From positions 120,574 to 184,573 of the forward strand of contig CAWVWT010000001.1 of assembly GCA_963934015.1 (NCBI GenBank): a stretch of DNA of 64,000 bases, written 5' to 3'. The translations under genes and the position numbers were made by a program. The DNA is from an uncultured Candidatus Poseidoniales archaeon (GTDB lineage: Archaea > Thermoplasmatota > Poseidoniia > Poseidoniales > Thalassarchaeaceae). Shown here one piece after another: positions 14,594 to 25,200 of this stretch. Numbering within the stretch: the first letter of the stretch is position 1; every line of letters begins with the position of its first letter. Under the pieces are notes generated by a model. It was not told the DNA's origin. It saw only the letters and a program-made list of their open reading frames with translations, and searched no databases.

Positions 14594-15818
14594 TGAGTCC
14601 TTGAATCAAGAACTTCTGAAAAATGATGAATAATATCACTACTGGAATGCTCACCAAAAGGGAGGCGGCGGCAAAGTCACCCCATGCTTGACCTGTAGAA
14701 GAAATGAGGCTGGCCAGACCAACGGGGAGTGTGTACATGTCGTTTGAAGTATTGAATGTCAAAGCCAGAAGATATTCGTTCCATGCCGCTAGGAAACTGA
14801 ACAAGGCGGTTACTGCTACCGCTGGAAGTGAAAGTGGCAAGATCACCCGCCAGAATACTTCGAATTGATTGCACCCCTCCAGGAGAGCGGCCTCTTCCAA
14901 TTCCCTGGGAACTGTATCAAAGAAGCCCTTCAGCATCCAAACACAAAGTGGCAACGCGGTCACTGAATATGCGAGAATTAGGCCGAGACTTGTATTCAGT
15001 AACCCCAATGATTTCATGACCATGAAATAGGGAACTAGAATGATGATTCCAGGGAACATCTGTACTAGTAAGAAGGCAAACATCGATCCTTCGCGTCCAG
15101 AGAAACGGAACCGACTGAAGGCATAGGCTGCTGGCACTGCAAGGGCGAGACCCATCAGGGTTGTACCGATGCTAACAATCAGTGAATTGCGCATCCATAT
15201 CCAGAAACTCGAATCCCCACCGAGCATCTTGGAGAAGTGCTCTCCTGTCCAATCAGAGACACCAATGTCCCCCCCAAGGATATTGCCGGGTGACATCGCA
15301 ACATCAAGAATCCAGAGTACAGGAAAGAGGATGAGCATGACTGCATGTAGGAGTAAGATGTGAGAGCCGATTGCCCCCAAACGTGGCGCTATACGCTTGT
15401 TTCGAGCCAAACCATCCTCAGCACCCTGCACTGATAACAAGCCCTTGGCCCAAGCCGAAATGACAGGAGATGAAAGCCACCAAAGTGCAAGTATAGCGGG
15501 TCCGACCAGCCACAGTGTCGACCATATGTCGATGACCATCCGCATTCCAGCAGCATAGTGAATGACACCGATGATTAGGACAAGACCCGCTTTGCCTATG
15601 GCCACATCCCGCTTCCATGTCTGCTCACCATTTGGTAACACCAACCAGAGGACGAGTAATGCAAATGCGCCGAGCAATGAAAGTTGAAAGGCCAGTGAAT
15701 CTTCACGAATCCATTCAATACTCGAAAGTAGGATGTTGACGCCGACTGCGACGGGTAACCACAGACGAAGTGTCGCGATTTCCTGTGGTTCATACCACCG
15801 CTGTGAAAGGGACTTCAT
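14571..15818 (-). CDS. CUT1-family ABC sugar permease (MalG-like) with an extra N-terminal ~130-aa, 3-TM extension
   Basis: C-terminal two thirds match MalG/UgpE-type permeases, including the EAA-like loop ...LEEAALLEGC. N-terminal hydrophobic segments are LWLPVAVGVNILL, LSLLGAFALLVLWLVL and LVLIIGVIHYAAGMRMVIDIWSTLWLVGPAILALWW. Confidence 0.82.
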   Translation of the reverse strand: MKSLSQRWYEPQEIATLRLWLPVAVGVNILLSSIEWIREDSLAFQLSLLGAFALLVLWLVLPNGEQTWKRDVAIGKAGLVLIIGVIHYAAGMRMVIDIWSTLWLVGPAILALWWLSSPVISAWAKGLLSVQGAEDGLARNKRIAPRLGAIGSHILLLHAVMLILFPVLWILDVAMSPGNILGGDIGVSDWTGEHFSKMLGGDSSFWIWMRNSLIVSIGTTLMGLALAVPAAYAFSRFRFSGREGSMFAFLLVQMFPGIIILVPYFMVMKSLGLLNTSLGLILAYSVTALPLCVWMLKGFFDTVPRELEEAALLEGCNQFEVFWRVILPLSLPAVAVTALFSFLAAWNEYLLALTFNTSNDMYTLPVGLASLISSTGQAWGDFAAASLLVSIPVVILFIIFQKFLIQGLSAGSVKG

Positions 15819-18412
15819 GCACTCGCCTCCGTCGCATTACTTCGCTTCAGATATACCCATGAAAATACCACGAGCATGATGAAGATCACCACTGACCAAG
15901 CAGCAGCCACACCATAGGCACCATCTCGGAATGCAACATCATAGACGTATGTAATCAGAATATCTGTTTCACCGGGTTCTCCAAATCGCAGGTTGGGTCC
16001 ACCATCAGTCATCAAGTAGATGACATTGAACATATTGAATGTCCAAATGAATCCGAGAAGACTCAATGGGACCAGGGCACTCTTCAAATTAGGTAGTGTG
16101 AGGTGTCTAAATTGATACCAAGAACTGACACCATCAACCTCTGCCGCCTCATACATTTCGCTGGGTAGGGCTTGAATTGCACCACTCAATGACATCATCA
16201 TGAATGGGACACCCAGCCAGATATTGACGAGGATAACGAGGGTTTTCGCCCCAGTGGGATCCGCCAGCATCTCAAAGTCCGTACCCAATACTGAATCGAT
16301 GAGACCTTCCGGTTGTAGCATTCCTTTCCAGACGAGGACCGAAATGTATGATGGAATCGCCCACGGGAGTAGTAGAGCAGTCCGGTATGCGGTTCGCCCC
16401 TTAACGTGAGGGTTGTCTAGAACCAGAGCCAAACCAAGGCCGAGGCCGACATGTGCAACCACATTGGCAACAGTCCAAATCAATGTGAACAAGGTCACCC
16501 GTAGGAATCCAGCCGATGTGAGAACTGTGATGAAATTCTCCAATCCAACCCAAGTATTGTCGCCCAGATGACTTTGATCTGCGTTGGTAAATGATAACCA
16601 AATACCATAGATTACGGGATAGAATGTCAGTACAGCTAGAGCGATTAATGCCGGAGCGATGTAAGCGTGTGCAAGTTTACCTCGATGCTTTCCTGCCTTT
16701 GCATCACGCCATCTCAGAATGGCTAGTAAGGCAACCAAAGAGGCGACAATAGAACCGATGGCAAACAGGATTGGGCTTGTATCTGGAGAGGGCGGGAGAA
16801 TGTCACCGACTGATGTAGAGGCATTCATTGAGATGTGAAGAAATGGTTCTGCATTCCCCCCGTAGTCTACGAATACCTCAATGTGGTGAGTTCTGTCTGG
16901 AATCATTCCAGTAAGTCCACATGTCCAATTTACAGCTGATTGAGGCACAATGGCAACATCATTCACCCGCAGGAGTTCAACCCCTTCAGATGTACAAGAA
17001 TCATAACCCATACCGACTGTACCATTTCCATTGACCAACAATTCTGAATGGGATAAATTGTCAACATAAATATGGTAAGAAATTGCCAGCGAATCGGCTG
17101 GAACTGTGATGTCGATTGTTCTGTATCCAGGTGAGAGGGGGAACGGTTCCGAGGTCGAGTGTGAAGAGAGGATATTGTCCATCTCAGCATCAGCCCCACC
17201 TAGGGCATCCTGAGAACTTGCACTTCCACCATGGACTTGCTCAAAGGCGGTTCCAAGTGGACCGTAAACAATCGACATGGCACGTGTGGTAGGAGCCGGT
17301 GTTGCGAGTTCTGCTTGTGCGAGGAATCCAGATAGCACGGAATCAGCCTGGACTTCGGGGTCTGCCGCAGTCTCAATTGCAGTAGGCATTGTCATCGTAT
17401 CGAGTGCAAACGTCTTCTGCACAGAAGGTGATGAAAGATGCAGAGCAAGGTGGGTCGAGGATATTTTCTGCTCACTTTGTTTGGAAACAGACCACCCTTT
17501 GTAGGTGACAAGGGGCGATGCTCGCAATCCTGTTTCCTCAATAAGAGGGAGTAGTGTTTGCCCTACGTCGAGACGACCCGCCTCATATGTGGCCCAATTC
17601 CAAGGACCGTCAACAATCATGGCCGCTTCAGATTGGATAAATTGAGATTCCATGGTCTCACCAACAGTACCTGTACGTACAACCTCATGCTCTTGCTCAA
17701 GGGAAAGATACCAATCCAATGCTTCCGCACTCCCGTTTGAGTCAAGTGTTGGATTACCTTCCTCATCGAACAGACTGCCGCCAAATCCATTTTGGAAAGG
17801 GAACCACCAGTAAGCAACCTTGACTGGGATTGCCAAACCATACACATCACCTTGTGTGAGGTTTTCAGCAGCCCGAAGCATGTCCACTTGAGTCCAAGTC
17901 TCGTCAGGGTATGCAATGCCCTCAGCATCAAACAGTGCGCGATTGTAAAGTAATGATAGGCAATCTTGGCTGGCTGGAATACCATACAATGCGTCCCCAT
18001 ATCGCATTGCCTGCAATGCTTTGTTGTCATAGATGGCTCGTTCAGCAGGAGTAAGGTGGGGGCGAAGATCCTCTAGCAAGGGATATCCATCTACGCGGAC
18101 TTCACCGATTTCGCCCAATTGGTCACTGGAGAGGCGAACAAGGTCTGGTGCCTCCCCACCCTGCGCTGCGGTGAGATAAAGTTGATCGATGTCTCCAAAT
18201 GGAACTCCCGTAACTTCGATTTCCACATGTGGATTTGCTGCTTCAAATACATCAATTGCATCGAGGAAGGTGGCTTCTTCCTGACTTTCAGCCGCAAAGG
18301 AATGCCAAACTTCCAGTGAAATTTCAGAATCGTCAGCGGCAGCGACGAATGTTGTTGGTAATAGGAGAAGGAGAGCGAGTAATAGAGGAAAACTTCGCCT
18401 CTCCATTGACAT
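15815..18412 (-). CDS. In-frame fusion of a secreted maltose/maltodextrin-type substrate-binding protein, an Ig-like spacer, a TM anchor and a MalF-like ABC permease (865 aa)
   Basis: ATG start with signal peptide MSMERRSFPLLLALLLLLPTTFVAAADD. Residues ~30-430 are MalE-like SBP sequence. An Ig-like spacer follows. TM ILFAIGSIVASLVALLAIL is followed by RWRDAKAGKHRGK, then the MalF/UgpA-type permease (YPVIYGIWLSFTN... with an EAA loop). No in-frame stop lies between the modules. Confidence 0.78.
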   Translation of the reverse strand: MSMERRSFPLLLALLLLLPTTFVAAADDSEISLEVWHSFAAESQEEATFLDAIDVFEAANPHVEIEVTGVPFGDIDQLYLTAAQGGEAPDLVRLSSDQLGEIGEVRVDGYPLLEDLRPHLTPAERAIYDNKALQAMRYGDALYGIPASQDCLSLLYNRALFDAEGIAYPDETWTQVDMLRAAENLTQGDVYGLAIPVKVAYWWFPFQNGFGGSLFDEEGNPTLDSNGSAEALDWYLSLEQEHEVVRTGTVGETMESQFIQSEAAMIVDGPWNWATYEAGRLDVGQTLLPLIEETGLRASPLVTYKGWSVSKQSEQKISSTHLALHLSSPSVQKTFALDTMTMPTAIETAADPEVQADSVLSGFLAQAELATPAPTTRAMSIVYGPLGTAFEQVHGGSASSQDALGGADAEMDNILSSHSTSEPFPLSPGYRTIDITVPADSLAISYHIYVDNLSHSELLVNGNGTVGMGYDSCTSEGVELLRVNDVAIVPQSAVNWTCGLTGMIPDRTHHIEVFVDYGGNAEPFLHISMNASTSVGDILPPSPDTSPILFAIGSIVASLVALLAILRWRDAKAGKHRGKLAHAYIAPALIALAVLTFYPVIYGIWLSFTNADQSHLGDNTWVGLENFITVLTSAGFLRVTLFTLIWTVANVVAHVGLGLGLALVLDNPHVKGRTAYRTALLLPWAIPSYISVLVWKGMLQPEGLIDSVLGTDFEMLADPTGAKTLVILVNIWLGVPFMMMSLSGAIQALPSEMYEAAEVDGVSSWYQFRHLTLPNLKSALVPLSLLGFIWTFNMFNVIYLMTDGGPNLRFGEPGETDILITYVYDVAFRDGAYGVAAAWSVVIFIMLVVFSWVYLKRSNATEASA

Positions 18413-18437
18413 CTGACGCGACCATCTCGCCTTTCAC

Positions 18438-19124
18438 TCATTCCCCGCCTACGGCGGGGAATGGCTCACCTTCGAAGATATGCGGCCAAAGCAGCCGGCA
18501 ATCCTTTTCCTGAACGTGTACGACACCTGCTTGAGCAAATCCATCGATGGCAATTTGTTTCTGTCCATTAAATCCAATAAAACCTGAACCTGGAATTCTC
18601 ATACTCAAATCGGTATGGTTGTCGCCGATACTCACGATCTCAGCGGCGTCCAAGTTGTGAATTCTTGCCATTTTAGCGACCATTTCTTCCTTGTGATGGG
18701 CTGGAACTCTAACCTCACCATCATCCAACAAAAATCCATCATCATCATACTGAAACCCATTGGCGATCCAATCATCAACTTTGAGGATCTTCGCAATCGA
18801 ACCAATGAGAAGGTCGACACCAGCGCTAACAATGGCAACAAGAATACCACGTGACTGTAACGCTTCGACGAGTTCCCGCGCTCCAGTCATCAACTTAACG
18901 CCCTGATAACAGCGCATCAATTCATCTCGATGGATTTGAGGTTGCACACTCTTCCACAGGCCGATATCATCAGCCATGAATTCGGCGTCACTCACCTCTC
19001 CTCGAAGGAAGCGATCAAGCATTTCCCCACTATTCGTACCGAAATGCTCGTGAATAATTCGCCATGAGGAGATGGTATCGATCAACACACCATCACAGTC
19101 GAAACAAACAGCCTTGATTGACAT
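18438..19124 (-). CDS. HAD-superfamily hydrolase, phosphoserine phosphatase (SerB)-like
   Basis: ATG at 19124 (MSIKAVCFDCDGVLIDT, HAD motif I DxDG). ...AIVSAGVDLL..., K...GDNHTDLSM follow (motifs II-IV in SerB-like order). The track ORF starts 41 codons upstream with a non-conserved extension. Confidence 0.72.
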   Translation of the reverse strand: MSIKAVCFDCDGVLIDTISSWRIIHEHFGTNSGEMLDRFLRGEVSDAEFMADDIGLWKSVQPQIHRDELMRCYQGVKLMTGARELVEALQSRGILVAIVSAGVDLLIGSIAKILKVDDWIANGFQYDDDGFLLDDGEVRVPAHHKEEMVAKMARIHNLDAAEIVSIGDNHTDLSMRIPGSGFIGFNGQKQIAIDGFAQAGVVHVQEKDCRLLWPHIFEGEPFPAVGGE

Positions 19125-19182
19125 AGGAACACCGTATGTACCGACGAAAGGGTACCCGGTCAAGAAGGAATGGGAGCAAGGA

Positions 19183-19259
19183 CCCCACTCCGCCGAAGCG
19201 GAGTGGGGGCTCAGAGGGGGCACCCGAAGGGCGCCCCACACTGCCACCGTTCGGGTGGC
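19183..19259 (-). other. Three consecutive GC-rich stem-loops between the giant gene stop and the serB-like/ABC/amylase operon
   Basis: Stem-loop 1 (19183-19208): CCCCACTCCGC-CGAA-GCGGAGTGGGG, 11 bp perfect. Stem-loop 2 (19214-19237): GGGGCACCC-GAA-GGGCGCCCC, 9 bp with one A-C mismatch. Stem-loop 3 (19243-19259): GCCACC-GTTCG-GGTGGC, 6 bp. Confidence 0.6.
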
Positions 19260-19284
19260 CCCTGTGGTTATCTCTCAATTGTAC

Positions 19285-22200
19285 TCAGAACACTGCCTTC
19301 AAACTTGGCGGGTTGTACTGCGCTGCGAATGTCATCAAGATGACAGCGGTACCACCAGCTGGTGCGTACTGCAGTGTAACCTGTGCGTTCTCAATGGTCT
19401 CACCAGATGTTGGGTCAACCATGCGTATTCGGATCTCGTCAGAGGCTCCAAATCCTGCGGAACAATCTACGTTACAATCGATGCTATCCTTGTAGGTCAC
19501 CAACGCTGAGCTGCTGCTCGGAGCGAATCCGTACACGCCATCAGGGTTGGCCAAACTGGTACGCTCACTGTGAACTGTACCTGCTTCATCAGTCCATTGA
19601 ACAACAACATACACTGCCTGAGTGGCAAGTTCATTGTCGTGAGTTTGGACGTTGATGTTCCAATACAAGTTACCCTGTGGATCATCAATCACTGCTTCAG
19701 GACCAAAGGTCAAACGAGGAGTTGCCTTTCCGCCTGCATCTGAGGCTAGGCTGTTTGCCCAGACATAGATTACACCGGACAGGACCACAGTGATTGCAAC
19801 GAGTAGAATCGTTGCAATCACTGGGCTAACTGCCGCATCATCGTCGGAGAGGGACTCCATGAGTTCCTCTTCGTCTTCCTCTCGGCGGGAGCCCATGAGG
19901 AGAGCGCCAACAAAGGCGCCCACCAGACTCACTGCCATGAGGCCCGGGGCGAAGCTAGCAACCGAGGTTGCTGGGCGAAGACGTACCATCTGTGGTAGTT
20001 CCTGTGCCGTGTCGTCCGTGGTCATGTTGTTGTCCTCCCAGTTCTTCTCTTCAAGCACAGGTCGACGGATCGAGTTGTCGATGTAATCATCTGTGTGCGG
20101 GTTAATCGTTCGCACTTCGATGAAGGCTCGTACCTGCTCAGATGGGTTGTTCAGAGTCACGTATCCGTTGATTACTGTCGTCTCGCCAATACCTGGCACT
20201 TCACCAGCGTCCCAGGACAGTGTTATCTGTTCCTGAATCAGTGTTGGGTTGTCGTCCACGTAGAAGCGAACCTGCACATCGTGTCCGTAGTTGTACAGAC
20301 TTGGGTCATCACCAGTGTTGGTGATGATCACGTCGACTGGCACGCGCGTACCTGGTAGCACTGCATCAATGGTGTAGAAGTCAAATCCAGGTCGCTCGTT
20401 GTCAGGTTGCCCTGCGTTCAAGTTACAGTCACCAGCTTCTTCACAGAATTGGTAATCTGGTTTTGCTTCCTCAACATTCGTTACCTTGATGTGAATCGTC
20501 TCACGGATACTGCGCTGCTCGTAAACACCTGAGGGGCTCTGCGCGTAGTCGATGTGACTTGGCGCTGAAGCCGTATCGTGCATCCAAAGATAGACAGTAC
20601 AGTATTCACCACTCGCAGGTCGCGCCTGGTGTACACCACCATCGGCGACACCGTCACCGTCTGCATCCTGCAAGAAGTCAATCTCGGTGGTTGGAGCATT
20701 GGTTGCTGCATCATCAATCAGGTCGATTGAAATTGTGTCATCATCGTTGTCCACTGTAATCGAGAAGTAGTTCTCGTAAACACACAAGGATGTCTCTTCA
20801 ACTGACCACATCAACTGGTCAACCGGGTGATCGTTGTCAGCCATAAGGCGACTTAGATCCCAAGTCAAGTTGCTGGCGTCCTCATCGTCTTCCGTGACTT
20901 CCCACATCCAATCTAGTTCCATGTTGCCGTTAGCAACTTCAACGAATTGGTTGTTGTTAGCATCGAAGTCCAAGATTTGAGGCTGGTCGTTGACCGGGTT
21001 CACAATGAAGTTCACCGTTACATCCGATGCTTCCGCGTTAGCGTTTGCATTGTCTGTTAGACTGAGCACGATGTCACAGTCGCCACCGGCCTCGTTCAAG
21101 GTGTTTTCAGCAATCGTGAGTACGTTCGACCCAATGTCTGAAGCGAATGGCACACAAGTGCCCTCATCCTCAGTCCATGTGTAGATCTGTGGTACCGACT
21201 CTGTGTTCCAATCCGTCTGTGACTGCTCGTTCGCCATATCGACGACGTACGAGCGAGTTGCGTTGGACGTGTCACCAAGTTCCTTGGTGATGAGACCGTT
21301 GAAGTTCTCATCGTGGACGTTCAGGTTACCGTCACCGTCATCATAGAAGACTGGTTGACAGTCGAAGCGGTTCGTGTTACAGATCTCTGGTGCGTCGTTG
21401 ACGTTCCAGATACCGACTTCCATCGTCTGCGTTGCGCTGAGACCGTCACTGTCTGTGACAGTCAGCTGCAGGCGGTGGCCTCCGAACTGATTCTCGAGTG
21501 TATCAACACCCAATGTCTGACCAGCCAAGCTGTAATCATACGGTGTTGGGTAACTGTGAGAGTTCGTCGAAGCGTCTGTCACAGACCACATCAGACCCGA
21601 GGATGCATCCTGATAGTCGCTGCCCTTGTCGGTTAGCGTAATCGTATGCGATCCTGAATCTTCATCGTATGATACATCTACCAAGTTCTCGATGATTGGC
21701 TTGGCACGCATGATATCGATTGTGATATCCTGGTTCGTCGTCATCACCAGTGGTGCGACGGAGTCGTCCCAGTCCCAGTAGTCGCCTTCCGCGTTGCGGA
21801 CCTTGACCATGATCTGGTATGCGTGTGGGTCACCTGGAGCGCTACCTGTGCCAACGTAACTTCGCAATAGCAGCAGGTGGTCATCCAGTGTACCGTCAGC
21901 GAGGTCGCCTCCAACGAGGTTGAAGTTACCGAACTGACCGAAGGTCTGACCCGAGGTTGTTGTTGCATTGAATGGCTGTTCTGGGAACACGCCTGCAACT
22001 TGACCATCTTGGCCGAATGGGGAATCCCACTGTACCATTGCAATCCAGCGAACATCTTCAGTTGGGTTACCAAGGCAGTCCCATGGAACACGGAATTCAC
22101 TCACTGGAGTGGTCGTGTACGGGTTGCCCATGAAGATACTCGAGGTGATTTGCGGGCAACTTGAGGTCACATCGACCCAGTTACCTGTTGGCATGACCTT

Positions 22201-25200
22201 GCGCAGACCCCAGTTGTTGAGATCTTCCATCCACAGCATGTAGTCTGCCTTGATTGGCAGAGTGTGCTGTGAGTGCCAGTTGTCGCCAGTTGACGAACCA
22301 CCTGGAGCTGTGTCGAGGTAGAACAGACCATCCGTTGTCACGAAGGTTGGACCCACGAGTGCAACGAACATGTAGTTCGAATCCCATGTCACGCGCATGT
22401 GCGCCTGTGTGGTTGCGTTCACAGCAACTGCACCGGGCATCATGTCGTCGGCTTCGTTCAGCATGTTGGTACCGAGCCAATCCCAGAGGATACCATCAAC
22501 GGTGATGGTTCGGCCAGGGCTGCTTCGCCACGATGGGCTGACATACTCGGCGCGACCACCAGGCACAGCAACTTGCTCGCCTGTAGCGTAGTTGGTAGCC
22601 ATGGATAGGCTGCGGATGTACAATCCAACATCAGTGGCTGGGTTGCCCATGTGTAGAACGGTCAAGTCCAGGAGGTTGCCCTCGTGAACAATTGCGTCTG
22701 CATCGACAGTCAACTTGCTTGGCATCCACTGGCTAATCATGGAACCATTGTTGAGTACACCGTTACCGATACTGGTTACCGTTGAGAACGGACCTGCATT
22801 GATTTGTGTTGCAACGCCTCCACAGCTTCCCATGTTAGCTGCAATCCATGCTGGATCAGCTGAGTAACACGAGTAGGTGTCTTCCCACATGAGTGGGATT
22901 TCCATCAGACCATACAAGGGGTGATTGTAGTTGTGAATACCCGACATGTTCTCGATGGAGCCTGTAGCACCATTGATTGTCTTGAGGACTGTGTGTCCCT
23001 GAGCAAGACCGCCATTCCAACGGAAGTCGTCGTGGCCATCAGCAAGAACACCAACCGCAGCATTGACCGATAGTCCGGTCATGTCAAGGTCGTGGAATCC
23101 GCTCTCAGTCACAGCATTGAGACCTACACCGTAGGTTCCGTTGGCTACAACTGTTGCACCGTTCGTTGATACATCGACGTTTGTCACTTCAACAGCTGTT
23201 GCATCACCGAGGATGGTGGTGCCGCCTGCCATGTGCAGGTCACCGCCTTCCATAGCAAGACCAAGACCGTATCCAGTGACCATCACACCGTTCAGTGTGA
23301 TGTCGTCGCCGCTACCCAAGATATCGATACCAGTTGTCTGTAGGTTGTTACCTTGACAATCTGCGACATTCACTGAGCCAGTCATCGTCGTTACTGTCGA
23401 GCTGAAGTACGTGAAGTTGCCCGCATTCGTGAACTGATGCACGAAAGACGAACCGAGGTTCATCGTTCCGCTGTCCCAGCTCTCTGCTTGACCAGCATCA
23501 GATGTGGTCGTGTGTGGGGTGTTCGTACTACCATATGCACGAGATGTCCAGCGTACCGAGTCACCAGTACAGATACTGGTTAGGTGTGCTGGGCTGTAGG
23601 TACTCTGCTGGATGTCCACGTTGTGGATCCGACCTGCGCCGCCACCGAGACCGGTGTACACTGAGTTGTTGTCAGTAACCGTACATCCGTCGGAGTTGAC
23701 TGCGTTCATCACGGTCGATACCACGTTGTTTGCCATGAATACTTCATCCAAGCCACAGGCGTCTAGGTAGATACCAATAGCACTGGTTGGCAAACGGCCG
23801 GCTGAGAAGCCGATCGTGTTGTCATTGATGTAAACATCATTACCACTGGTAATACCACTAATTGCGATACCACCATCGGCATCCAGACAGGTATTACCCT
23901 CTATGGTTCCCGAACCTGCTAGCGCGTAGATACAAGCATGTGATGCATCTGAATCACCAGTAATATGGTTGTTCATGATGGCCCAATCTCGAGCACCGCG
24001 CATGTAGATTGGATTGTCAGAGGACAACGTGTTATTCTCGAGGTTGAGCCCGAAGACCGTGTAGTCCTGAGTGTATACCGTATATCCGCTCAGACTCGAC
24101 ATGGTGTTGCCGCTGACGATTGGATCGTGCGAGTTAGCATTGAGGTAGAACCACATGCAGAGGTTTGCACAATCTTCCATGCTGTTGTCACTAACTACCA
24201 GGTTTCGCTGACCGTTACCACCGTAGTAGGTGTTGGTCGCGTAGTAGTTGCTAGGTACGAATACACCAACACCACAGTTAACCATCGTGTTACCCGAGAT
24301 TACTACATCATCGTATCCAGCTGTCTGGATGCACATGTCATCGTAGTAAACCGAACTTGCACCGTTTGGAATGTTGGTTGCTGAGTCATAGTGGACCAAC
24401 AGACTGTTGGTCACTTCTAAGTCACCGTTGTTCTGGTAGTAACCACTGCCAGTTCCAATCGCTTCCAAACCGAGCAAATTGCTGTTGTTGATGTGGAAGT
24501 TACCGTAATTGGAGGTTCCAGAGTATCCTACACGGAAGTGACCCTTCACAGCACCCTTGTCACACATTGAGATGATTGTTGTGTCGTCCATGTATACGTG
24601 ACCCGTGTATGGGTATACTGTGTACATCTGGACCTGACCATTGGAACATCCCGTTGTGAAGACAGTGGAACCATTCAGCGAGACTGAACCTGATCCGATG
24701 TCGAAGTAATTGAACGGCGTGTCCATCTGAATGATCATGTTAGACATGTCATTTTCAGAGTTGTAGTAACCAATCTCATGAACATTGTCAACCGTGCGGT
24801 CACTTCGATAGTTCAAACCAGTACAAGCGGCCTGCAAATCGTAACTTGTCGTCGAATAGCTGTAACACGTACGCGCGTCAATCGATGCGGTCAATGCGGT
24901 GTTAGCCGTATTTCCTGGTGCGTCGCTTAGCGAGATTGTGTTCATTGCATATCGTATGTCAATGACCGAGCCTGATGTGTAGGCAATGGTTGCAATTGTG
25001 ACCAATTGGTAGCCTGCGAGGTTCGGTGATGTGATACCTGAACTGTCCTTCGACCATACGACGAAGGACATACCGATAATGTCACCATTGCTGTCAGTTC
25101 TACCAGAGTCAACTGCCATGTTGTCGGCATCCAGAATCTTAACTGGTGCATCGTCAACTCCGCTTCCATCAGCAGTGATTTGAATATCCAACGCACGTAG

